Part shown: piece after piece, positions 57,301-64,000 of the stretch
How positions within the stretch are numbered: position 1 is the first letter of the stretch
Layout: every line of letters starts with the position of its first letter
Origin: Pseudomonadota bacterium
Lineage (GTDB): Bacteria; Pseudomonadota; Alphaproteobacteria; Paracaedibacterales; CAIOTO01
Length of the DNA: 64,000 nucleotides
Assembly: GCA_040389165.1 (NCBI GenBank)
Contig: JAZKAK010000048.1
Coordinates: forward strand, 4,022 to 68,021
Direction of reading: 5' to 3'
The notes under the pieces: generated by a model
Told to the model about the DNA's origin: nothing
Database searches by the model: none
Seen by the model: the letters and a program-made list of their open reading frames with translations, nothing else
Translations under genes and position numbers: made by a program

Positions 57301-57771
57301 TTGCAAAAGCTGCGCTAAGGATCCCTCGTGTGCACCGGTCAAGCACATCACGCCATCGTTGTGCTTTGCAAGCTCAGTCATCGTGATATGCGGCCCAATT
57401 AAGCCTTGTTCCTTGAAATAGGCGAGACTCACTAGCTTCATCAGGTTCATATAGCCAGCTTCATTTTGTGCCAGAAATACCATCGGCGATGGAGTCGTTG
57501 TAATCTTTGGATAGAATGCTGACAGATCAATCGTTAGTTGGCAGCCGATGATGGGTTGCACCCCTGCATCTGCAGCAGCCATTGAAAATTCCAATGCCCC
57601 AAACATGTTGTTGGTGTCTGTCAATGCAACGGCAGGCATATTATGTTTTTGACAGAGTTTTGGCAGGCTCTTCATCAAAATTGCCCCCTCGGTCAGGGAA
57701 TAGGCCGAGTGTACGCGAAGGTGGATGAATCCATCGTAAGAAGGGGAAGATGAAGGGTTTTTTGCTGTCAA
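54307..57771 (-). CDS. dnaE: DNA polymerase III alpha subunit
   Basis: PHP N-terminus FIHLRVHSAYSL, palm/fingers blocks (GPGRGSGAGSLVAWSL, PDFDVDF, YRPGPM, GYGFNKSHSAPYA), OB-fold C-terminus. 1154 aa. Confidence 0.96.
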   Translation of the reverse strand: MTAKNPSSSPSYDGFIHLRVHSAYSLTEGAILMKSLPKLCQKHNMPAVALTDTNNMFGALEFSMAAADAGVQPIIGCQLTIDLSAFYPKITTTPSPMVFLAQNEAGYMNLMKLVSLAYFKEQGLIGPHITMTELAKHNDGVMCLTGAHEGSLAQLLQLGTEDLRKEYAETFTKTLLDLFPNRLYMELQRHGIPLQQQLEPDFLDLAIRFDIPLVATNNVFFDTPDMYNAHDALLCIAAGTYVEQDQRRTETPRHYFRSAAEMKEVFSDLPEAVQNTVLIARRCHYRPLPRKPILPSFPTESGRSETEEMWDQSHAGLEKRLLEEVFNRFSAEQHEELRTQYIKRLRYELGIIERMGFPGYFLIVSDFITWAKDKGIPVGPGRGSGAGSLVAWSLLITDMDPIRFNLLFERFLNPERVSMPDFDVDFCQDRRDEVIRYVCEKYGMDRVAHIITFGKLQARIVIRDVGRVLQMPYGQIDRICKMIPNNPANPMTLAQSIEHEPLLKQQRDDDEMVARLMDMGMKLEGLYRHASTHAAGVVIGDRPLDELVPLYRDEKSDLAVTQFNMKYVETAGLVKFDFLGLKTLTVVESCCQLVRTLTGEDFRIHAIPLDDPATFALLCRVEAVGIFQLESAGMRDVLRRLQPDRFEDLIALVALYRPGPMDDIPRYLACKHGEEAVTYLHPLLKDILEPTYGVMVYQEQVMQIAQVLGGYTLGAADLLRRAMGKKIKSEMDAQRALFTEGAIKNGIKPNIASQIFDQMAKFAGYGFNKSHSAPYALLAYQTAYLKANYPLQFFAATMTLDMHNTDKLNVYRQDLDRQEIPLLPPSVNTSGVNFNVEEDGIRYALAALKGVGAQAMESLVAERTKNGPFKTLRDFATRIDPGVINKRQLENMVNAGAFDCLHDNRHQLNQGLEALLGIAQQIRSEKASKQKMLFGNTASETEKDVPLPNVMEWTPLDRLQKEFDAIGFYLSAHPLDMYKDVLDQLGIVKSCDLLERATSSNQSIALAGIILTKQERTSKKGDRFAFVSLTDLSGVFEVAFFSEAFAAVRDRLIPGQAVYVTGNLKADGDDNFRFTGQGLEPLDNKAKVDSLELPIDPAKANIPHLAEIVRNLKKGRTALHFLVPVAGIGTIKATLAGTFDVTPNQKATLQQVCG

Positions 57772-58116
57772 AAGATGCGCTTAAATTAGGTGTTTTATAT
57801 AACTTAAGATATACGCGTATTGAAGAACAGATTCAAGGCGCAAGTCTTAGCTTGAATTAGCGACATCATATTTCAAAATAATTAATTTAAAAATAAATAT
57901 TATTTTTATTGATCTGATTGAAATTCCAGACTAATTTCATTTTCAGAAAACATGTTCACTTGATATATGCTGCGAACATATTAAAGGATTACCACCATAG
58001 AATTGCGCTAAGCGAAAAATAAATTGATTTGAGTCGATGAATATAATAGTATTTTTTCATAAATTCAAATAAATATAATGTATGGCCTGTAAACATCGGC
58101 AGATAAGGAATATAAT

Positions 58117-58851
58117 ATGGAAGAAATGATTGAGCCACAAAAAGATCTAGATCATTATATTGGAAAACGTTTACGTGAGAAACGTCAAAAATTGGGTTTG
58201 ACCTTAACAGATCTTGCCGAGAAACTTGGTGTTTCACACCAGCAAATTCAAAAATATGAGCAAGCACAGTCTCGTGTTTCGGCAATTACGCTCTATCATT
58301 TAGGGGAAATACTTGGTGTTGAGCCAAGTTATTTTTTTCAAGGTTTTTCAGCCTTTAAGAAAAAAACAGAACGCGTGGCAGGTGATGTAATTGTGCCTGA
58401 TCGTGAAAGCGTGCTCAATATTCTGCTTGTTGAAGATGATGCTGCGGATGAGCTTTTAACACGTCGCGCTTTTGATGAATGTTCTGTTTCTGTAAATTTA
58501 TTTACCGTACATGACGGAGTTGTTGCATTGGATTTCTTGCGTAATAAAAGTACATCTGTTGATTTTCCAAGACCAGATATTATTTTGCTTGATCTAAACA
58601 TTCCAAAACGCGATGGCGCAACTGTGCTGCGTGAGATTAAACGTGATCGAGATATGAGTGATATTCCAGTTATTATTATGACGAATAGCATCAATTTTCA
58701 AGAGATGATCTTGTGTTATAAAGCATACGCTTCGGGATACATTTGTAAACCGTTTGATTACGATGTTTTTCAAAATAGTATTGAGTCATTAGCCTCGTAT
58801 TGGGCTAAGTCAGTTGTTCTTCCAAATAGATCGCATGGCTTGCTGGCGTAG
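58117..58851 (+). CDS. hybrid regulator: N-terminal XRE-type HTH + C-terminal receiver (REC) domain
   Basis: HTH: IGKRLREKRQKLGLTLTDLAEKLGVSHQQIQKYEQ. REC: LLVEDDAAD (acidic pocket), IILLDLNIP (phospho-acceptor Asp), VIIMTNS (Thr), YICKP (Lys). Confidence 0.85.
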   Translation: MEEMIEPQKDLDHYIGKRLREKRQKLGLTLTDLAEKLGVSHQQIQKYEQAQSRVSAITLYHLGEILGVEPSYFFQGFSAFKKKTERVAGDVIVPDRESVLNILLVEDDAADELLTRRAFDECSVSVNLFTVHDGVVALDFLRNKSTSVDFPRPDIILLDLNIPKRDGATVLREIKRDRDMSDIPVIIMTNSINFQEMILCYKAYASGYICKPFDYDVFQNSIESLASYWAKSVVLPNRSHGLLA

Positions 58852-58933
58852 TCGAAGCTATTTTTTAAGCTTAATAAATTACGAGAGGGAGACCTTATAA
58901 AAGTCTCCCCTTCAGTCCAATCGTTAAAATATG

Positions 58934-59413
58934 TTACGCATAGGCGGCGGCATACTCTTGAGTAGGCATTTTTAACTTTGTTATGTTGATTGCATTCATG
59001 TAGGAGTTTATATAATTTACAATAGCGTCAGTGCGCATCATGATTTTTTCGCGTATATCATAATCGAAAGATTGATACAGAACGATATGACGCATATCTA
59101 AAAGTAATGCTTTTGATTTGCAAATCTGTTCTTTCACATGCCGTGCGTTTGAACAAGATGTTTGTGCTAGTTCTTGGAAGCGGCATTCAATATGGTGAAG
59201 AATTCCCATTTGGAAAGCGCGTGATGGCCGTGGAACTTTAGATATTATCGTGTTTTCAAGTTTCATTGTGTCACCTAAATGCTTAGAAAGATTTAAGAGC
59301 ATAATGACCGAAAACAGGCTGAACGTTAAGTTGAGGTTTTTCATTGTTTTCAACCATTTTTTTAAAGATGAAAATGATACTAATTGAGTGAAAAAAAAGT
59401 GTAAATTTGTCAT
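58934..59413 (-). CDS. hypothetical protein between regulator and kinase (orphan, start uncertain)
   Basis: 159-aa ORF on the opposite strand. An internal MKNLNLTFSLFSVIMLLNLS would be a signal/TM-like start at 59344. No domain recognised, and it could be non-coding. Confidence 0.3.
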   Translation of the reverse strand: MTNLHFFFTQLVSFSSLKKWLKTMKNLNLTFSLFSVIMLLNLSKHLGDTMKLENTIISKVPRPSRAFQMGILHHIECRFQELAQTSCSNARHVKEQICKSKALLLDMRHIVLYQSFDYDIREKIMMRTDAIVNYINSYMNAINITKLKMPTQEYAAAYA

Positions 59414-59468
59414 GAGCGACGAGGCTCAACAAGATGATATGTATTAATAAAAATAGGAGCGTACATTA

Positions 59469-61445
59469 ATGTTACTTGAAAAAATGCTTAAAGATGGACT
59501 TTTATCTTCAACAGACATATCAGAACGTTTTCAATTTGGTTTTTTCGAATGGAATATCAAAGAGGATAGAATTGTCTTATGCGCTTATTTAGCCGATTTA
59601 TTAGCATTTAATACACATGATCTAACGCAAACCTATACTGCTTGGCGAGCTTTAACGCATTCTCAGGATATGAAAAAAATCATACGTGCGTATGAGGAAA
59701 TTCAAGAAAAAAAAACACTGTATGTAAGTACCGAAAGTCGCAAACTTTGCCGAGATGGAACTTGGCGATGGGTTGCTGTAAGAGGAAAAATTATTGAATT
59801 CGATGACGAGGGCTATCCAATACGCGCGGTTGGAACGTGCACAGATGTTACCGAAATTAAAGAAGCAGAGCTCTCTCTGATACAAACAAAATATTTGTTT
59901 GCTGAGATTAAACGTATTAAAGAGTGTAACAGAGCTGATCTTACGCTTAATGAAATGTGTGCTGAGATCCTGCTGTCTTTCGAAAAACTCACTTGCTCTT
60001 CCCATGCATTACTCTTATTTAATTCGTCAACCAATTTCAATAATCGTAACAATGAATTCGTTAATAGTAATGATCCATCTTTGTACAATTTAGATATTGA
60101 AGATTCAAATCTGTTAATGTCAGATCTCGAGAAACTTAATTTTGTTAATTTCGTATTAAATCAGAAAAAAAATTGTATTGATCATAAAAATAACAGATCG
60201 TTATTAGGTATTCATTTGGATTTGCCCTTTCACCAGCAAGGTGTGGTTGTGATAGAACGAAGTGAGCCCTTTGATGATGCGTTATTGGATTTTCTAGAAC
60301 CTTTTGCTGGGGCAGCAACTCATATTATTAGTATTAAAAAACTACAGGCAAACACAAGTGAGTTGGATAATATGCTTTCATTCTTTATCCAGCAAGTACC
60401 TGTACCTGTGGCGATGTTTGATACTAATATGTGTTATAAATTTGCAAGTGATGCCTGGAGAAAGGAATTTAGATTTACCGAGAAAAGTTACAATATAATC
60501 GGTAGGTCTCATTATGAAACGTCTCCGTCTCAGCCTAAGGAATGGAGAGAGCGTCATCAACGTGCCCTACGTGGAGAAATTGTCAAATCTGTTCCGGAAG
60601 AAGTTGTTGACTATTTTGAGCAACCCATATGGTTAGAAGGCGCGATTCACCCATGGTATGACGTGAGCGGAGACATTGGGGGTATAATTATCTACTCAAA
60701 TGTTGTTACCGAACACAAAGAGAATGAAAAAAACCTTAAAACGACTGTTGAAAATCTAATCAGATCAAACCAAGAGCTTGAAAGATTTGCGCATGTTTGC
60801 TCGCATGATTTAAAAGAACCACTACGTAGCATATCAAATTTCATCCACCTGCTGTTCAGTCGCAACTCAGCTCGGTACGATGAAGAGTCTTTACTTTATG
60901 TGAGCCATATTCTAAAAGGAATTGATCGTATGAACACACTTATCAAAGATGTTCTGCTTTATTCTAAGATCTCAGCTCAAACAAATCATGATAAAATTTT
61001 GTTAGACGTAAACGATATCGTTGGTAAGATTATGGAAACGTTGGATTGCAGCGTAAGAGAAGTAGATGCCTGCTTTAAGATTGCTCCTTTACCTTCAGTT
61101 TTAGGCGAACCCACGCAGATTACTCAGCTCTTTGCTAATCTGATTGAAAATGCCTTAAAATTCCATGCAAGTAAACCATTAATTATTGACCTATTCGCCA
61201 TTGAAAAAACCTATTTTTGGGAATTTCATATACGTGATAATGGGATAGGAATTGAAAAAGAATATCATAGAAGCATCTTCAGCATGTTTAAGCGTCTTCA
61301 TAGTAAAAACCAATACGAAGGTTCTGGCATAGGGCTGGCTATTTGTCAAAAGATCGTGCATGCGCATCTTGGTAAGATTTATGTTAAATCTGTCACTGAA
61401 GGTGGAAGTGAATTTATATTTACCTTGCCAAAAGGGCACGTGTAA
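59469..61445 (+). CDS. cytoplasmic PAS-domain sensor histidine kinase
   Basis: H-box FAHVCSHDLKEPLRSI, N-box NLIENALKF, G1 IRDNGIGI, G2 GSGIGLAIC. PAS-like segments (WRWVAVRGKII.FD..G, EGAIHPWYDVSGDIGGIIIYSNVVTEHK). No TM segment seen. Asn-rich linker. Confidence 0.9.
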   Translation: MLLEKMLKDGLLSSTDISERFQFGFFEWNIKEDRIVLCAYLADLLAFNTHDLTQTYTAWRALTHSQDMKKIIRAYEEIQEKKTLYVSTESRKLCRDGTWRWVAVRGKIIEFDDEGYPIRAVGTCTDVTEIKEAELSLIQTKYLFAEIKRIKECNRADLTLNEMCAEILLSFEKLTCSSHALLLFNSSTNFNNRNNEFVNSNDPSLYNLDIEDSNLLMSDLEKLNFVNFVLNQKKNCIDHKNNRSLLGIHLDLPFHQQGVVVIERSEPFDDALLDFLEPFAGAATHIISIKKLQANTSELDNMLSFFIQQVPVPVAMFDTNMCYKFASDAWRKEFRFTEKSYNIIGRSHYETSPSQPKEWRERHQRALRGEIVKSVPEEVVDYFEQPIWLEGAIHPWYDVSGDIGGIIIYSNVVTEHKENEKNLKTTVENLIRSNQELERFAHVCSHDLKEPLRSISNFIHLLFSRNSARYDEESLLYVSHILKGIDRMNTLIKDVLLYSKISAQTNHDKILLDVNDIVGKIMETLDCSVREVDACFKIAPLPSVLGEPTQITQLFANLIENALKFHASKPLIIDLFAIEKTYFWEFHIRDNGIGIEKEYHRSIFSMFKRLHSKNQYEGSGIGLAICQKIVHAHLGKIYVKSVTEGGSEFIFTLPKGHV

Positions 61446-61523
61446 TAGGTGAGGCATGCAAATAGTATGAGGCCCATCGTTTTGGGAACTACATAAATGG
61501 ATAAACGTCATGAAATGGCAATT

Positions 61524-61599
61524 TGGCGTCCCCTACGGGAGTCGAACCCGTGTCTACACCGTGAGAGGGTGGTATCCTAGGCCACTAGACGAAGGGGAC
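61524..61599 (-). tRNA. tRNA-Glu (anticodon CUC), CCA encoded
   Basis: The minus strand GTCCCCTTCGTCTAGTGGCCTAGGATACCACCCTCTCACGGTGTAGACACGGGTTCGACTCCCGTAGGGGACGCCA is collinear with canonical bacterial tRNA-Glu. Anticodon loop CTCTCAC. Confidence 0.9.
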
Positions 61600-61611
61600 A
61601 TTACACTTTGT

Positions 61612-61640
61612 AACATAAGGTAACTGAGCTGATAAATCAA
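61612..61640 (-). promoter_or_regulatory. candidate promoter for tRNA-Glu
   Basis: Minus strand: TTGATT, 17 nt, TATGTT, then 12 nt to the tRNA 5' end. Confidence 0.35.
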
Positions 61641-61689
61641 GATTTTTCTGCAGATGCATTAAAAGACAAAAATATAATTTGTATATAAT

Positions 61690-62604
61690 TTAACGAGCAT
61701 GCATAGCGAGTGTGCCTGACCTTCCATCGATGGCGCCTTGAACCATGGGAAGTTCTTGTAAGAGCTCTTTTTCTTTTAGTAAGTCATTAGCAATTGTTTC
61801 AACTGGAATAAACGTAATGCCCTTGGCGATAGAGTCATCGAGGAAATTCGTGAACCAATCGATATAACTCATGCCTTCAAGCTCTGCATGAATTGTTAAG
61901 ACATTCAATGATTGATTCTTTATATGTTCATGATACACATTTATCAGTTGATCTGTCGGATATTCTGGCCGTCCAATAAGTTCATCTAGCGTTGGTAGTG
62001 TTGTTGGTATTTGTAATGTTTTAAACGTGCGACGATTGACAATTGGATAAAAGGCTTTCGTTCCACGGGTATCGCTTGCATACGCTAAGGAATGTTCGTC
62101 ATATGCTGAAAGGCTTGCTTTATTGGCTTGCCAGCCTGCAGATCCCATCGTACGAGGTCTGCGGCCAAAGACATGTGTAAACGCGGAAACAGCATGATTA
62201 ACTTCTTCACGAGTGCGTGCTTCTGTCCATGAGCTAAGCTTATCTTGCCATGCATTATGATCATAACAATGCACGCCTACTTCATGCCCTGCTGCAGCTA
62301 TTTCACGCATGATAGAGCCATGCCGTTTGCCGATATGAGGCCCATTTCCTAAAAGTCCATTTAACAGCGTGCGAATTCCATAGACCTTGAGCACACTCGT
62401 ACGACTGACTTTTTGAAAGAATCCAGGTTGAAAAATACGACGAATGGCACGTCCTGTGTTATCTGGCCCCATTGAAAAGAGAAATGTTGCCTTGAGATCA
62501 CGTTCATTAAGTAAATGCATTAGATTTAATGCGCCTATACGTGTGCCACGTTCTGTGTCGACGTCAATTTTAAGACCAACAATTTTTTGTTTAAGTGACG
62601 TCAT
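61690..62604 (-). CDS. arnD: polysaccharide deacetylase family, ArnD-like (4-deoxy-4-formamido-L-arabinose-phosphoundecaprenol deformylase)
   Basis: Collinear with E. coli ArnD as I recall it: VGLKIDVDTERGTR..., FSMGPDN.GR, GHEVGVH.YDH..WQ, GSAGWQA, QIPTTLPTLDELIG, LTIHAELEG. An alternative start at 62619 overlaps the upstream stop. Confidence 0.88.
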   Translation of the reverse strand: MTSLKQKIVGLKIDVDTERGTRIGALNLMHLLNERDLKATFLFSMGPDNTGRAIRRIFQPGFFQKVSRTSVLKVYGIRTLLNGLLGNGPHIGKRHGSIMREIAAAGHEVGVHCYDHNAWQDKLSSWTEARTREEVNHAVSAFTHVFGRRPRTMGSAGWQANKASLSAYDEHSLAYASDTRGTKAFYPIVNRRTFKTLQIPTTLPTLDELIGRPEYPTDQLINVYHEHIKNQSLNVLTIHAELEGMSYIDWFTNFLDDSIAKGITFIPVETIANDLLKEKELLQELPMVQGAIDGRSGTLAMHAR

Positions 62605-62611
62605 ATGTTTC

Positions 62612-63667
62612 TCAATCATTTCCAAGTTGACTATCAAGTTCACTTGATGGTCGTAAAAGGTGATAGTCTAGGGTTTTCCGAAGCGCTTCTTTAATGCCAA
62701 CTTTCGGTGTCCAGCCAAGAACATTTTGGATGTGCTCAATTTTTGGCACGCGACGTGCGATATCTTGGAAGTACTTACCATAGTGGTCGCTCGATGACAC
62801 ATCTTCAATGACAACGCGGTTTGCTATGTCTGCATACGCTGGATAGGTCTTTATTAAATCAACAATCATCACAGCTAGTTCGCGAATAGAAATATCGTTG
62901 TTTGGGTTGCCAATATTAAAAATCTGACCAGAGGCTTTGTTGTCTTTGTTTTCAATAATCTTGATGAGTGCATCTATTCCATCGTCAATATCGGTAAATG
63001 ACCTTCGCTGATGGCCGCCGTCCACAAGTTTGATGCGTTGATGGTGCAAGATATCGGCGATAAATTGCGTGACAACACGCGATGAACCTTCTTTAGCCGC
63101 AAAAATGCTATCAAGCTTTGCGCCTAACCAGTTAAAGGGGCGGAATAAGGTGAAGTCAAGGCCGTGTTGAACGCCATACGCATAGATAACACGGTCGAGC
63201 AATTGCTTGGAACATGAGTATATCCAGCGTTGTTTTTCGATCGATCCCAGAATCAATGGCGAAGTATATTCGTCAAATTCTTCATCCGTGCTCATGCCGT
63301 AGACTTCTGATGTTGACGGGAAGAGAACGCGTTTTTTGTAGGTCACGCATTGGCGGATGATTGGTAGATTTGCTTCGAAATCGAGTTCAAACACGCGAAG
63401 TGGATCTGTTACATAGATTGACGGGGTTGCAATTGCTACAAGTGGCAATATGACATCGCATTTCTTAACATGGTATTCAATCCACTCTTTGTTGATTGTA
63501 ATGTCGCCTTCAACAAAATGAAAACGCGGATGTCCGATGCAATCGCTTAGTTTATTGTCAGACATGTCCATGCCGTATACATGCCAATCTGTATTCTTTA
63601 AAATAGATTCAGTAAGCGCGCTTCCGATGAAACCGTTGATACCAAGGATGAGAACTTTTTTGGTCAT
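62612..63667 (-). CDS. arnA: NAD-dependent UDP-glucuronate dehydrogenase/decarboxylase, stand-alone ArnA C-terminal-domain homolog
   Basis: KKVLILGINGFIGSALTE, HPRFHFVEGDITINKEWIEYHVKKCDVILPLVAIATP and PLRVFELDFEANLPIIR...FPSTSEVYGM nearly mirror the E. coli ArnA dehydrogenase domain. There is no formyltransferase domain at the N-terminus. Confidence 0.9.
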   Translation of the reverse strand: MTKKVLILGINGFIGSALTESILKNTDWHVYGMDMSDNKLSDCIGHPRFHFVEGDITINKEWIEYHVKKCDVILPLVAIATPSIYVTDPLRVFELDFEANLPIIRQCVTYKKRVLFPSTSEVYGMSTDEEFDEYTSPLILGSIEKQRWIYSCSKQLLDRVIYAYGVQHGLDFTLFRPFNWLGAKLDSIFAAKEGSSRVVTQFIADILHHQRIKLVDGGHQRRSFTDIDDGIDALIKIIENKDNKASGQIFNIGNPNNDISIRELAVMIVDLIKTYPAYADIANRVVIEDVSSSDHYGKYFQDIARRVPKIEHIQNVLGWTPKVGIKEALRKTLDYHLLRPSSELDSQLGND

Positions 63668-64000
63668 AAGAGGTGCTCCTAAAGATGTCGTTAATTGCTG
63701 TGTTGATGCCGTTTTTTCGGCTGGTTTTTTTGTTTATTAGACGTATTTACAATGGACAACACGATAATAGAGCAGAGGCGGCTGCTTCGCAACTCATTCT
63801 TTGGGGTAAGATTATGCATTATTCACAACAAATTGTGCCATTTCAATGTCTTGCGCTGCAATTTTAATTGAATTCGTGATAACAACTTTATGTTTAAAGC
63901 TTCTTTTTTGAATCGACATTGTGCTTGGGTAAGTTCGCAAAAGATGGTCCTTCTGAGTCTGTTGTTTTTATTTCTTTTGTTGAAATCATGAAACACGTAT

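Noticed and set aside
57989-58285. 98-aa minus-strand ORF overlapping the start of the HTH-REC regulator
   Set aside because: It overlaps a well-supported gene and the AT-rich promoter region. Its composition is typical of AT-rich noise.
63673-63867. 64-aa plus-strand ORF, a 35-aa minus-strand ORF, and a possible ArnA formyltransferase remnant upstream of arnA
   Set aside because: There are no Fmt-like motifs (no HxSLLPxxRG-type block) in any frame. The hydrophobic plus-strand ORF lacks an RBS, so it is left unannotated.

Overview
This 64 kb window looks like the chromosome of a moderately AT-rich alphaproteobacterium, probably host-associated or intracellular. That placement is an inference from gene content: GapR/UPF0335, NDUFAF7/MidA-like and COQ9-like proteins, separate nuoC and nuoD, rpmF-plsX-fabH, tatC-serS, surE-nlpD. 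The housekeeping backbone includes yejE (5' partial), mlaA, nuoCD, pepA, an amino-acid ABC transporter, lnt, serS, tatC, mutS, glmS, map, rpsD, fabH-plsX-rpmF, surE, recJ, mltG, hemH, kpsF, dnaE and arnA(DH)-arnD. There are three tRNAs: Leu-CAG, Val-GAC and Glu-CUC. Between these sit many orphan genes with signal peptides. They include two autotransporter-like proteins, two tandem PvcA/Dit1 (isonitrile synthase family) paralogs, a eukaryote-like GT90/CAP10 glycosyltransferase, and an 873-aa secreted orphan. Most long intergenic spacers hold short palindromic MITE-like elements of three families. One is a nested insertion with a perfect 9-bp target-site duplication, another has an 8-bp duplication, and two carry internal tandem arrays. 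Other notable points are a DnaA-box cluster (candidate oriC) between recJ and tRNA-Val, a diverged 95-nt copy of the dnaE 3' end flanking a lipoprotein gene, an HTH(XRE)-receiver hybrid regulator next to a cytoplasmic PAS histidine kinase, and a passenger-only autotransporter-like gene. I saw no rRNA, CRISPR array, transposase, integrase or recognisable defence cassette. All protein calls rest on motif recognition by eye. No database search was run.
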